DNA of 64,000 nucleotides. Origin: the human T2T-CHM13v2.0 reference genome, Homo sapiens. The position numbers were made by a program, and so were the translations under genes. Each line of letters begins with the position of its first letter. Positions within the stretch are counted from its first letter, which is position 1. Shown here one piece after another: positions 13,983 through 31,830 of the stretch. The stretch lies in assembly GCF_009914755.1 (NCBI RefSeq), contig NC_060929.1; one strand, given 5' to 3'. Below the pieces are notes generated by a model, which worked only from the letters and a program-made list of their open reading frames with translations, was not told the DNA's origin and did not search any database.

Positions 13983-14263
13983 TTTTTTTTTTTTGAGACA
14001 GAGTCTTGCTGTGTAGCCCAGGCTGGAGTGCAGTGGCTCAGTCTCGGCTCACTGCAAGCTCGCCTCCCGGGTTCAGGCCATTTTCCTGCCTCAGCCTCCC
14101 GAGTAGCTGGGATTACTGGCACCTGCCACCACACCCGCTAATTTTTTGTATTTTTAGTAGAGTCCGTGTTAGCCAGGATGGTCTCGATCTCCTGACCTTG
14201 TGATCCACCCGCCTCAGCCTCCCAAAGTGCTGGGATTATAGGCGTGAGCCACCTCATCCGGCC
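13983..14263 (-). mobile_element. AluY-like element inside LTR10
   Basis: CACTGCAAGCTC, GTGTTAGCCAGGATGGTCTCGATC; flanked by AAAAAGAA repeats. Confidence 0.9.
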
Positions 14264-15359
14264 TTAAAAAGAAAATTTTATATTCGAGTGCTATTTCTTT
14301 TGTGGCACTGAAACTTTATATATAACAACATGTTTCTCTTTATACTGTTCTCTTGCTTATGAACCTTTTTGCTCAGCAAATTCAAGGTCTTCTTCAGTTC
14401 TTCCTTCACTCATATATTCGTATAATCATTTGTTCTCTCGGGCAGACATTCTCTGAGCATTCTCTAAGCCCAGATCCTGTGATAGGCACTTGGGATACAA
14501 AGACGAAAATGAGACACAACCTCTCTCCCTAGTGAGTTCATGATCCTATAGAGGATTCTGAACCACAGACCATTCCAGTGTCTAACCTTGACAGTCACAA
14601 CCCTTCATAGTTTGACTTCAGCCTATGACGCTAGAAGAAGCACATCGTTATGGAATAAAATGAGACAGATACAGAATGAAATAAAGAAGGAAACAGTGAT
14701 CAGATCCCACTGTCAACTTACAGTGTTTTTTTAGTTATTTTATCACAAGCTTTCCTCCCACATCACCAAATCTGTGAGGATATGATTTTGACCAGGAAAA
14801 CTATATTTTGTTATGTGAACATGCATGTTATATTTTAACTGTTTTCCTCTGTGGCATCTGTTTGGATGCTTCACCCCTGTGTCTTTGGCATTATTGCCAG
14901 AGGTGCCTGGATAAGTCCTATGGTGCATTCATGATCTGTGCCCTTTTCAAGTTCCCTGGATGCTATCCCTCCTCCATAATTCCTGCTAATTTGATTGTAT
15001 GCAACACTTTCCATCTTTTTGAACTTTGTTCCATAAAGCACCTCTTTCTCTTTCTCCCTTTACATTTTTATGCCATGATATGAAGAGAGCACAAAACAGT
15101 GTGAGGGCCACAGCAGGAGAGGAGGAGCTGATGCCTCAGCCAGCACAGGGAAAAGCCATTTCACATTCCTTTGCCCCATAGTGGTATTCAGCATTTCTCT
15201 GGCAAAAAGAGGCTTGCCCTGTTAGCCTTCTTTAGGGTCAGCAGGCAACTCAATGAGGCATGGCTGGATTTCTAACCCAAGTCACTTTGTCGCTAGTTCA
15301 TCAGCACTCCACGCATCCACAGCTCCGCACCAATCCACAAGAGACTTCAAAGGATTTCA

Positions 15360-15691
<332 letters not shown>

Positions 15692-16339
15692 TCATCCCTT
15701 TGGTAAAAGGTGGCCAAATCTGAATTACCTCTTTAAATGTTTTAAGCAGGGAAATTGAAAAAGGAATCTCCTTGGCGTCATGAAGATCTAAAGAAACCAA
15801 GTGTAAGAAACTCAAAGAGAGTTACTTTGCTTGGCCACTTCTACTGCAAGGTTGTCTTTGAAACTGAATTAGCAGTTCAGATTTGAAAAGGATGCCATGT
15901 GCTAGGAAAGAAAACCTAAGAGATATTCACTTTGTAGTGCTGAGAAACAAATGTTAATATGATCATAATAATGAAACAAAATTAAATTAAAAAACTCAAT
16001 AAAAATAAGACCTAAAACACCCCCAAATATTAGATATTTCTGTGTGGCCATGCTTTATGCCAAGAGCTATGTATTATCTCATTTACCCCTCACACAGCCC
16101 TGTGAGAAAGGCATTTTCCATTCTAAATGTGAGCACACAGTGCCACTGAAAACCACTCACTTATCCACGGTCCCACAGCCAGTAAGTAAGTAATGGAACT
16201 GGCATCCCCATTGGGGACCACTTGGCTCCCCAGCCTACATTGTTAAGTATTTTATTTATTCTTAGGGGAAGGGTCATCTCCTGGGTCTCTTTCCAAGAGC
16301 TTGGCAAGCCGTGAGAAATTCTGAGAGTGACAAGTATAT

Positions 16340-17920
16340 ATTTTTAAAAGCTGTCATTTGGCCATTGATTTCTAATTTTATTGCCTTGTAGTTAGAGAGT
16401 TCAGTGTTTGGTAACAGTTGCTTGGTTAAAGCTTCTTTTATGGTCCAGAACATTGTCAATTTTTGCAAATTATCCATGTGTGCTTGAAAAGAATGTTTAC
16501 TCTACTTGTTCAATATGTCTGCTAGATCAATATTGTTTATTTTGTTCAAATCTTTTATTGCCTTACTTTTTTTTGCTGGCTTGATTTGTCAGTTTCCTAG
16601 AGAAAAGTGTTAAAATATCCCACAGTGATTGTCTCATCAATTTATTCTCTCAGTTCTAATTTCCCTTATATATTTTGAAACTGTGTAGTTGCATTTATAT
16701 TGGATCAGGACTGTTATCTGTTTCTGGTGAATTTTTTTCTTTCAACATTAAGACCCTATTTTATCCCTAAAAATACATTTTGCTGTAGTATGCTTTAATA
16801 GTATCACACCACCTTTCTATTAGCATTTTCTTTCATTATCTTTCTTACTAAACTTAATATAAAAAGCAGATTTCTGTGTGTGTCTTTGTGTGTAAGAACT
16901 GTGTTTTGCTTGGCTTTGGTAATTCAGTTAATTCTAAAATTTGTGCAGAATAGTAAAAGGCTGATGATGTCAAAGAAATAAATCTCCTCAAAACATCTCA
17001 AAGAAAAATATGATGGAGGGGATTGGTCTAACAGATATCAAGATTTATTTTAAAGCTAAGAAATAAGTAGTGAGGTATTAATAGATGGATAAAAAATAGG
17101 CCAATGGATCTTAACAGAAATAGATTTCACATACATGGGAACTGAATTTCAGATGAAGTTGTAATTGCAGATCAGTGGAGGAAAGGGTGAGCTTTTCAAT
17201 AAATGGTACTGGGGCCATTTACATATTAAGTATATATACTTGGATTCCTTCCAAAAATCCAACCAAAAGTTAAGGTGAAAAGTTCAAACCATAACAGTTT
17301 AGGAGACAAAATAGAAAAATAGGTTATGATCTTGAAGTAGAAAAGTATATTTTAAAATAGTAGCAAAAACTCCAAACTACAAAGAAAAGGTTGTTCCATC
17401 TGACTACAGTAAAATTAAACAATTAAAACTGTTAAAAATAAGGTTATAAACACCAAGAAAATGAGAGAAGATATTTATGATACTTGTCTCTGAAAAAGAA
17501 TTATTACCTAGAATAGATAACTCTCTCAAAAGAATCAACATAAAAATGAACAAAAGGTATAAATTGGTATTTCACAGAAAGGGGACCTCAGATGGCCAAT
17601 ACACATATGAAATGATGATTAATCTCATTAGTAATCAAACAATTACAAATTAAAAAGCACAATAAATACTATGTTTCATCCATCAGTTAGTAGCATGAAA
17701 ATATCACATTTCATAAACAACTTATAGTACATTATGACCTAGCGATTTCACTCCTAGACATATAATCTAAACAAACGATTGATTTTGTATACCAGGAGGG
17801 TTGTTTAAGACTTTTCATAGCAGAAATGTCTGTGTTAATAAGGACCAGAAATATCCCAAATATCTATCAACTGGAGAACAGTCAAATAAATTAAGTACAT
17901 CACGGAATACTATACAGCAG
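16340..17920. mobile_element. Old L1M fragments (antisense ~16340-16820, sense ~16920-17920)
   Basis: Degenerate L1 ORF2 motifs with a T-rich to A-rich strand switch. Confidence 0.6.
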
Positions 17921-18914
17921 GGATTCTATATCCCTGTGATGGAGGTGTCTCATGTGAACCCATGTTCCTGTGGAGGCCATGTCCCGTGCGATATTGTATC
18001 TCTACAATGGCTGTGTCTTGTGTGACTCTGGCAGTAGCTTCCCTTCTGCTCTGCCTATTTGTTTCTGGCATTTGGGAATTTCCTTTTCTTTCCTTTATAT
18101 TTAGCTTTGAATTTTATATTTTGTGAAGAATGTTTTACCAAGCATTTCTGTGACTTTGTGGCAGGAGGAGGCCTCTCTGCATCAACAGTGTCACAAGAAG
18201 CCACTGTCTGCCATCTGTATCTATTCTGCCTGTTGCAGGATTCAATGCTTTGCCAAAATCATGTTGCTTTGCCCAAGTTTAGCTGTTGTCTCTACCAGCA
18301 GACAGGAATGGATTCTTCATGAAACCCTTTTAGAGGCCTCTTTTATTTATAACTTTGTTCCTCTTGCTCAGAAAGGACACAGAAAAATTATACAATTTAG
18401 AAACATAATTATTTCTGCTCTCTTTTAGATCTAGCTCTGTCATTTCCATACCAGTCTGCATGATGACTTATCACAATAAAGGCATTTTTAAGTCTTTTCT
18501 TATGTTAGCTATCCTGGTGCATCTGAAGACTCATCCTCAGCAATTCTAAAGGACTGAATGCAGACTTGTGAAAAGGGACCAAGAATGATTGCAGGGGTAT
18601 TCTGAAGCTATGTTTGTAAAGCCAAGATCTGAATGAAGTCATAAGGCCTGAACATTTGGGCTTTTCTTTTCCTCCTCCTCCCACTTCTCGTCTTCCTCCT
18701 TTTCTCTTTTTTCTTGTCTTCTCTCTTCTTTTCCTTCTCTTTTCCTTCTTTTTGCTTTAATGTTACTTTGGTGTGCTCTAAAACTCTTAGAAAAGGCTAA
18801 ACAATAGAACAAAACCATCTGAAAATTATGTACATTTAGCGAGACTAAGGAAGCATTTTTGAGGCATCTTAGGATAAATTCCATTTGGTGTACAAAATTG
18901 ACAGAGTTACTATT

Positions 18915-22415
<3,501 letters not shown>

Positions 22416-25400
22416 TTAAAACCCCAAGAGATGATTTTAATCCTCAAGCTCATGAGGAAATCAATGTTCAGAGGTTATTTTGCTTAGTGTCATGTAGGAA
22501 AAAAAAACCCCAGCTTACGTGCTGCATCTTTTAACTTAATCCTGATAACAGTTCACAAAGGAGTATATTACATGTCCCATTTACAGAAGAGAAAAATGAG
22601 ACTGATGAAATTTAAGTAACTTGCCTGCCATCACATAATTTGTGGTTCAACTAGGCTCTGACCTATATCTAATCTGATTCCAAGGTTTATATCTTCTTAC
22701 TACTGAGCATCTTGGCATCTTTGAACTCTAGACATGATCTCTGAGTCCTTATACTTTAAAAAAAGATGGAAGGAAAGAAGGAAGAATGGAAAAGAGGCAG
22801 GCAGGCAGGAAGAAAGAAAATCACTGCTGTACCTTGAGAATTCCTTCTGAAGCAATGCCTCTGGATTTACCCAGAGGAGGATGTCTGACTCTCCCCATCC
22901 ACCAACAGCAGATGATGAATGATGTTTGTGTGTGCACAGATTCTACCTGGTATTCCAAGATTGTGAACAATTTCCCCTGCCTAACTACAACCCCAACCTT
23001 TCCCTATCATTGTAGAAAGCATTTTAGAATGTGGGTTATGAAAGTAAAGCCTTGTTAATTTGACTTTATAAAAGTAAACAATTTATAAACATTACTAATT
23101 AAAAATAATAGATAACATTTATTGAATGCCAGATACTCTGAGTGCTTTGTGTCTATTGTCCTATTTAATCTTCATAATTCCTAACAGGCAGGTATTAATA
23201 TTATCTTTTTTTTTAACAAATGAAACTGAAGCTCAAAGAGGTGAAGTCACTTTCCCAAGGTCATGCAGCAGTCAGTGTAGAGACCAGGAATAAAAATCAG
23301 TCTAATTCCAGAATGTGCCTATCCTCTATACTAAATTACCTTCTGGTAATTTAACGCTTACTAAAACAACTTCTTAATGATTTGAAACGTACCTGACAAT
23401 AGATCATGGCAACCCACGATGCTTGATCTTTACCATGGAAAGATCTCTGGATGGTCCACAACCCCCAGCAATCCTCAAATGGAACTCCACAAACTGGGTA
23501 AAATACTGCAAGCTCCCTAGGAGGAGGAGATCTGTAACACCTGCTTGATTCAAAAGTACTATCTCAGCTGCGAAGGTGAAACATCAGCGACCTCTCTGGG
23601 ATTACTGATTCTATCAGCGTTAGGATGGATTAGGGGAACAGAGCAGATGGGCATCATCTGTGTAAAAGCTTAGAAAATGATGTCAACACTTTTCCCACCT
23701 TCTGTACACACTCCTCTAAAGTTAACAGGCTCAATTTCTCAAATTAGAGGAGGTAGAAAAGACAGAACTCCTCTCTCAAAACAGCAGAGCCTACAGCTTC
23801 AGTTCCTTGCTGCTTCTAGAACTGAACTCAATTCCCCTATATTAAAACAATTAAAAAGTTAAAATTTTAAAATATTAAAAAAACCTACCACAATTAATAA
23901 TTAATACTATTGTCATCATATATTGAAAATACTGGACAAGAGTGCCAGCAGTTCTTGAGGACATTAAAGTTAATTATCAGCTGCATGATAGAAAGCAGTG
24001 TTTTTCAAACTTGTATTTTGTTTTGTTTTGTTTTTAGCAGTGGGACTCATTTCCAAACAAGAGCTCACACATTTTAAAACAATTACAAAAGTGACCATGT
24101 GTTGATACAGATTGATCTTACATTTCTATTTATACTACTCATTTATAATGATACAGTTGATCAATGTGGCTACTTCCATGAACACAAATATTTGGAAGGT
24201 CTGGTGGCATGTTCAGGCTCACATTCACTCCAGCATCTTATGAAATTAGAAGCAAACCTTGGTGGGATTTTTGCGGCATCCTTGCACGATACTTTGTGAG
24301 ACAGTTTGGAATTGACCGAAAGTGCTGAATGATCTGAACAAGGGAGTGGTTCCTGAGGTTGGAAAATCCAGAAAAAGCTTCAGAAGGAGTTGCAATTGAG
24401 TTTGGAGGTGGGGAATGATTTGTTGGTGAAAGGGATAGGTGTGGAGGAGGTGGTCCACCTGGACCATCTTTCTCCTCGGTGCCCTCATTGACATTTGGCA
24501 GCTGATGCAGGTGGAGCTCTGGTGCTTTGTGCTGGCTGAGCAAAAATCTACTATTCACGTGCACACATCTTCCCTGCAGGTCGGGGTCTGGAACTCATTT
24601 ATCTTGGCCCTATGTTCTCTTCTGTACTTTGTCAGAAGTCAGTACAGGCTTATTCCATGGGAGGGAGAGGGGCACAAGGTGCGAAGCAAGAGTTCATCTT
24701 TCTCCAATTTCAAAAGGATCACTAAGTCAGGCCTCAGGCTCCTGTGGTCCCTTGGCTCACAAACAGCTCCTCAGAGCTGCACTGTGAAGTTCATAGGGGC
24801 TCAACAGGACACTGCATTTCATTTTGCAGCAGCCTGGAAAGTGAGCAACACACAGGCATGAGCCACCACTCAGACTCTGCCCATGCAAGCACCCTGAAGT
24901 GGATATTTTAATCAATTAATATGCGAATTCTCTTTTTGCTCCAGGTTTCTTCACAATCACCCCAGAACTTTCAACAGGCAATTTGCTCTTAATCAGAAGT
25001 CACTACCACATCTCATGTGATTCTCCAAATAAATCCACCTCACCTCTTCTAGGTGCCAGATACTGGGCTAGGTGTTGGGAGGAGGGTCATACAAAAACAG
25101 CAAGGCAGGTGCACACACAGGTGGGCATAATCAGTTCAACTACAATAAGGGAACAGTGATGAGGCACAGCACGCTTAATTGCCAAGTGAATTATGCTGAC
25201 AATCAATACTCTAGGGTTCAAAAGAGGAAGGCAAGTGTTGTCAGAGAAGGATTTACAGAGCATGCAAGAACTGAGGAGAGATTTGGATCATGGGAAAGCT
25301 TTAAACTACTCCAAAAGGAAGTTAGAGGATGCACTAGACAGGCTGAGCAAATACTCAGAGGGGCAATGTGCACTCCATGTTTAGCAGGCAATGGGCAAAC

Positions 25401-27436
25401 TGGTTTGACAAGAAGGGGTTACTTTTTGGTGGGGGAAGATTAGAGATCAAACATCGTTAACAATAACAACAGTAATGATGATGGACATTTATTGAACACC
25501 ATCCTTGTCAAACCCTGTACTTAGTGCATAATAATCATAATCTCAGTTAATTCTTACAAAACCTTATGATGTAATTAGAGCTTTGCTAGCCTATACAGTG
25601 GTTTTGGGAGATCAGAAAACAGTACCTCCAGGGGCAGACACACCTCGTGAGAACATGACTTGGAGGGAATGAGCAACTTTGAGCAGTGTGCAACTGCCCA
25701 ACTGCACATGACAGTAGAAACAGTCACAACATTTATCAAGTGCAGACTGTGGACCAGGCTCTGTGTTAGTGCTTCACACAGATATTAACTTTCTTACTCC
25801 TCATAAGTACTCCCTAGAGTATGTGCTGTTCCTTTCTCTATTCCATGAATTTCCACTTTTGGGGGGATGTTGCTGGTAAAATCAATGGAAGCCAAATTGT
25901 GGAAGGCCTTCACTGCTAGGCTTGGGGAATAAACTTTATAGGGTAGGCTTAGGAGACTTTCACCCCTGACACTCAGTGAATTAATTGCTGGACAAGCTGC
26001 CCTGATCACCCAGGGTGTCAAGGTCTAGCCAGGGCGGACTCCCTCACACACTTCCTATATTCTTGACAAGAGTACCTTCATGTCCTCCATCCTGCCGTTC
26101 CTAACTGGAGGCTACCCTTCAACCTCCCTGGACACCCCAACTTAAGGCTGGGGGCAGCCAGCTTTCTGCTCGCCATGCACTGGAGCTCCTCAAAGGCAGG
26201 GGTGGTTTCAGGTTTCACTTGTCTGGGCCTCCACATATGTAAGCACAGATCTTTGGACCAAGCAGCGATCGTGTGACTCTTTCCCAAGGAATCTTCCTTC
26301 CCTGTTCATTTACTCAGTTTAAAGAGCTCTACCTCCTCAGCTTGACCTGGCTTCTGGTACTTTGTGTTTGCGCTTCCTAAGTTTTATCCATATCGGAGCC
26401 TTTGGACACTCCTCACCAGCTCCCTTTGATGCCTGTTTTCACTTGTTGTTTCTTGACTGCAGTTTTATGCCATTCTAGTGGCATAAATGCTAGTTTTTAG
26501 GCTATCATATGCAGGGTGTGGGGAGCTTACAAAATTGCAGGATTGTATTCTTTTTCCCTTGTTTGAATAATCATTGATTATCAATTGTTCTTTAAATATC
26601 ACTCTTTCAGACAGGAGGGTTGAGATTTTGGCTCCTCTCTTCCAGGCTGGCTGCACTACTTAAATTACCTGCACAAGGCCTTGTTGCTTCTTGCTCGCAG
26701 GTAAGGTTATTGTTCTCGCTGGTCCACACATGTATGGCCATATTTGGGATTATAAAACTGAAATATCTCTATTGGTAAATAGATATTGCTCCAAGCCTTT
26801 CACAGGCTCTCTGCCACCCAGCCTGCCCCGACCTGTCCCCTGGGATCTCCTGGACTTCCCCCAAATCCAGCAACTCAAGGGTTAACGCTCAGCATGGCAG
26901 GAGGGCTCAGGCTCCCCCATTGCCACCAGCCCTAGTACTGCCTTCAGTTCTGACTGGCTGGTCCAGGGCTACACAGGCTATTACGTATTTTGAATCTCAC
27001 TCTTGCTTCTCTAGACCAAGAAGTGCCCAGCCTGTCTTCTAACACCAGGTTTCTCCAAGATAGGAGGAGGATTTTCGTCAGAGGAAGAAACCTCCACTCC
27101 AGATGAAATAGGGAGCACTCACCCCTGATCAGGTATGGTGCTGAGCACTTTACCTGAAATACTTTAGTTAATTCTCACCAAAGCCTTGGTGAGGCTAATA
27201 GTATTTCACTAATACTGTTAATACTGTATTTCCCCCTTTTTGGGCTTGAGAACAAAAGGCTCAGAGAGGTTGAGAACTTGCCCAAAACTAGAAGTAGAAA
27301 AACTGGGATTTGTATCCAGCTGTGTCAGGCTGCCAAGCCCATGCACTGGGCTTTGAATGAAAGTCCTTGCTTTCACCAGCATTGCTCACTAGACTCAGGG
27401 TGTGCCTCAAGGAGTGCCTTCTCCAGTCCTCCTTGC

Positions 27437-27681
27437 CTGGATCCTTGAGTTCTGATAGGCAGACTCTGGCTTGTGAAGCTCTGTAGATTGTCTCTCATCA
27501 GGATTTGGAGGGGGTGGGGGGTGCCTCTTATCCTCATCTAAGTAATTACATCCATTGATGTAATTGACTGGATCCTTGAGTTCTGATAGGCAGACTCTGG
27601 CTTGCAAAGCTCTCCAGATCACCTTTCACCCGGATTTGGAGGGGAGAATGCCTCTTATCCTCATCCAAGTAATTACATCCA
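27437..27681. repeat. Two-copy tandem duplication, period 131 bp
   Basis: CTGGATCCTTGAGTTCTGATAGGCAGACTCTGGCTTG at 27437 and 27568; both copies end CTTATCCTCATCYAAGTAATTACATCCA. Confidence 0.95.
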
Positions 27682-27689
27682 CTGGGGAT

Positions 27690-28205
27690 AGCAATGAATA
27701 AATTATGCCTTCTTTTGTCTATACCCCTTTCCAATGTGACTTTGCTGTTCACCCATTGAGGGGTGAAGTCTATTTCCCCACCGCCTGAATCTGGACTGAT
27801 CCTGGGACTTGCTTTGACCAAGAGAATGAAGTGGAAGTGATGTTCTGAAATTGTCAGACCAGGCCTTAGGAGGCCTTGTGGATTCAGCCCTTGCTCTCAA
27901 AACTCATCCCTTATGTAAAGAAATCTAGGCAATCCTGCTTCAGAGAGACCACTTGGAGAGGGAGACCATTTGGAGGAGAACTGAAGCACCCCAGCCCGCT
28001 GTCAGCAGCAAGCTTCCAGACCTGTGAATGAGGTTCTTTTGGATCTTCTATTGCTAACTGTGTTTGTCTCAGCTGACCCCATGCAGAGCAAACACAAGCC
28101 ATCCACACTGAGCCCAGACAACTTACATAACTGGGAGCAATGGCTGTTGTTTTAAGTCATTAGTTTTAGGATGGTGTGTGATGCAGTGATAGATAAGCAA
28201 TACAG
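27690..28205 (+). mobile_element. MLT1 (G/H-like) MaLR LTR
   Basis: GACTTGCTTTGACCAA..GGAAGTGA; GGCTGTTGTTTTAAGTCATTAGTTTTAGGATGG end motif. Confidence 0.7.
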
Positions 28206-31126
28206 TACATCAACGGAGAGGAAAGCTGTATTAAAACCTAAAAGAATGATTTACTTTTCAATAACTTTTTAAGAGTATAAATTGACTTAACAATTCCACT
28301 TTTTTTCTTGGCTGAGGGTTAATTTGTTAACAAAGAAAAATGTTATGAATGCAAAGGAAATTGAAGAAACCACTTAATCTAAAGAAATTATTATTAAAAC
28401 AAATCCATTCATACCCAGCATTTCCCTAAAGTCAACAACTAAGCCAGAATAAAAGATGTTCTTGAGAAAATTAGCAAATAATTTTAATTACTTAAACATT
28501 TCTTTGAAAATAAACTGTTTCTCTCTTAGAGCAGTTCAAGATGAAAACATAAATATGGGATCCACAAAGTAAGGTGGGTAAATGTCTCCATTGCTGTCTT
28601 TGAAACAAGAGTTTGGAAATATTACAAATCATTGTATATATCTATATATACATCATACATATGTGTACCTTTATTTAAATTTAGCAAGCACTTATTGAGC
28701 TCTTACTATAAGTGAAAGTAGTATCACACCTATGATAAGCACAGGATATGCCTGGATAAATTAGATCTATGCAAATTCTCCAAAGCATTCAATAACATAT
28801 AGTGAATTTTCACCTTCTTCAGAACTCTTAAACATTTCTAATGTCTTCTGACCTCAATTTCTGGAGTGGATCAGCTGGGTGTCCAGTTATTTAGTGAAGT
28901 CTCCATGAATATTTGTTGAATAAATGAGTTGATTAAACGACTAAAGAAGATAAAACAGGGTCTAAAGGAAGGAGAAGAGAAGAATCAAGGAGGTTACAGG
29001 GGATGAGGAGGGAGAATAATTTAAAAAATAATAATCAACCTCTCAGTGATGGAAGTTAGCTGAGCCTTCCTCTATTAGGAAAGTTTTTCTCTACTTTCCT
29101 AACTGGGCATCCATATCTTACAGCCTTCAAACACCAGGTCTGAAGAAAGTTAAACTCAAATGGATACATCAGTATGTGAAATTGAGCATGATTTTTAGGT
29201 GTGCTGGTGGTGCATGGTGTACAGTCCTGGCTACAGGAAATGGCGGTCCTGGACTCTGTCATAGGTAGACTGCCTTTGTGGTTGTTTGTCTAACCATAGA
29301 CAGCCCATTCCCAGGTGACAAAATCAAGGAAACACAGAGGCAGTTAGTGAACATCTGGAAAAATCCTAGGAACATCCCATGAGGTAAAAAGTTGAGTCTT
29401 TGAAAGGCTCACAGAGGATTTGAGGATTATCTTCAGCATGACTGTACCCATGTGGATGGGACTCATCTTGCTCTGCATGACCCCAGAAAGAAGAGAGTGG
29501 ACCAGCAGCAGAAGTTATACCTCTATAGGACCTGTAAATAAAGTTCTAAGTGGGGTAGTGGCGCCAAATCCCAAGGGAGACCGGTTCTGGAGTGATGTAC
29601 TTCTTTCAGCTGTTTAATGACTCAAAGCAGTATGGTTTTACACTAGATCAGAGGTTACAGATGTCTGAGGGGAGGCTGGAGGTGGATGGAAGTCATCCTT
29701 ACCAAGGACATGAAGAGCCAAGATTCTGTAGCAGAGGGCGTGGGTTAGAATCCCAGCTTTACAGTTTACTATTTTGGGCAAATTACTTAGTGTGTCCATG
29801 ATTCAGTTTCCTTATCTTTAAGATGGGAGTAATAATAGTACCTTCTACAATGGGTTGTTTGAGGCTTCAGAGAATTACCACTTGTAACCACTCAGAGCAG
29901 TGCTGGTATGTGGAAGGCACCATGGAAGTGCTGGCTGTTAATCTCATCATTTCTGCAGGAGGGGCAGGAAGTATATGCCTGGCAGTCGGGGTGCCTTCTC
30001 TCCTTTCACATGGGCATGGTGTTTTATAGTACACAACATTCTTTCACATGCACCAGTGGATTTGATCCTCACAGCAACCATGTGAGGACCAAGGCAGGGT
30101 CGAGGGGAGAATTGAGAAGACAGGTTTGACCTTGCAAGTGAGGAGGGAGAGAGTCCTGGCTTGAGCTTGAGGTTTTTGACTAAGTCTAGCAGTTACTTCC
30201 TTGCACCAAATTGCCTCTTCCTTAGTTTCCAATTTGACATGATAGCTGGACAGCAATCACTTTAGTATGAATCTGAATAAATGACTACATTTGGCTTTAG
30301 AGAGCACAGTCATCTCCATACTCCAGCCAGAATCTAGGAACAATGTACCTGTGATTTATGTTGCAATATTTCTCTCTAAAAGTAAATAGTTAACTCAAAA
30401 AGGAGGTTTTCTCCCGGTACACACACTTTTCTTTTGCTATAAAATTTTCATGCCACGTATTTCAGCTGTGTTGATTGAAACTCAAATTATGAGCCTCAGG
30501 GCAAATGTAATATGAGATTTCCAAGAGCCTTCCTGAAATTATTACCAGTTTCCCCAAATTAACTTCCATGAATTTATCTCAGTGCAAGAGTTGATCATAC
30601 AAAACATGAAATAAAATGATAAAATATGTTCCCAGATTTTTTTGCTTTCAGATTTAATGGAGTCAGTGCCACAGATGCCAGGAAAGATGCTCAGCTACTC
30701 TGACTTCTCATGTTCTATGTCTTGCACTACCTGAAGTGACAAGTCTTTGAGTGTGGCGGCCACTCTATGGAGGAGGAGAGTCCTCCAATCGCATCATGAG
30801 ACAAGTGGGCCCCAAATACTAGGGATATTATAGCCTGAACCATTCTATTTTTTTCCTCTCTAAGATGGGAATTAAATGAGATAATGTATGGAAAGCACTG
30901 GACAGTGCCTGACCCATAGTAACTGCTTAATAAATGCTTAAAAAAAAAGTTACACAGAAGAATCAAGGATAATTATTCCTATTGGCTTCACCATTCTGAC
31001 AGCTTTTCCAGGGAGCTTTGTGCCCTTCGTAATATTGACTAAAACTCCATTTAATCATCAATTGTATTGTTTATTCCTTGAAATTCAAAACACTGTGAGC
31101 AGAAGTCAATCATTTCATTTATTTCC

Positions 31127-31830
31127 AAGAAATAAAAATAAAATCCCAAGCCCCTCAACCAACAGAATGCCCCTCCTCTCCACCTAGGGGATTTCAGAGA
31201 AACCTTAAAAAACTGAGTTCTTGGCCACGACTGATTGGGAGGTTGGACATGCCTCGGTAACTGCCATTAAGCTAACTGCCATTAAGCTTTCTTTCCTAAG
31301 GTTAAACAGAAACTAGCCTTTTGAAAGACTTGCTCCACCACTGATTTCAACCAGTTGCCTGACAATGCCTCTCCCTTTTGCAGTTTCAAAACAGCAACTG
31401 ACCACGTTTCTTCCTGACAGGAGACCACTGGCAGTGGAATAGTTCTGGCCAGTCTATGGAGGCTGTGCACTGAGGGCCTTTGCATCTTTGGCTTCACCTT
31501 TTAATGTATAGGCTCTAATTGTAATACATTGAAATGTTCAGTCTCCACCCCAAAGCAAACACAGGATGCATGTAACATACATGTTAGCTTACTATGCATT
31601 TGTGTGCCTCCCCGTCATGGATATTCATCTCCTCCTATAACCTGCTGAAATATATATACTTAGCCAACACATTAACCGTAAATTCCTGCCTCCTCCTTCC
31701 CTCCCTCGAGGCTCTTTCTTTTAGGTTTCAACTGGAGGGTCCATTTCCCACCTGCAGGTTGTGGTACCCTCCATTAGAAATAAAGCTCTCCTTTCTAAAT
31801 TTATAGATTTTGTAACTTATTCAGTTTACA
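31127..31830 (+). mobile_element. MER4-family LTR
   Basis: AAAAATAAAATCCCAAGCCCC start; AGAAATAAAGCTCTCCTTTCTAAATTTATAG end. Confidence 0.7.

Larger units (their letters stand above)
13530..14327 (+). mobile_element. Solo LTR10 (LTR10F-like, HERV-I) with Alu insertion
   Basis: TGTTAGATATGAGTTCTAAATTTC start, ATATAACA end; 4-bp TSD ACGT/ACAT (CpG decay); CCAAT boxes; internal 28-bp repeats. Confidence 0.85.

Noticed and set aside
24238-24861. Cluster of overlapping 80-140 aa ORFs in unique sequence
   Set aside because: No recognisable homology or consistent exon structure; lengths compatible with chance.
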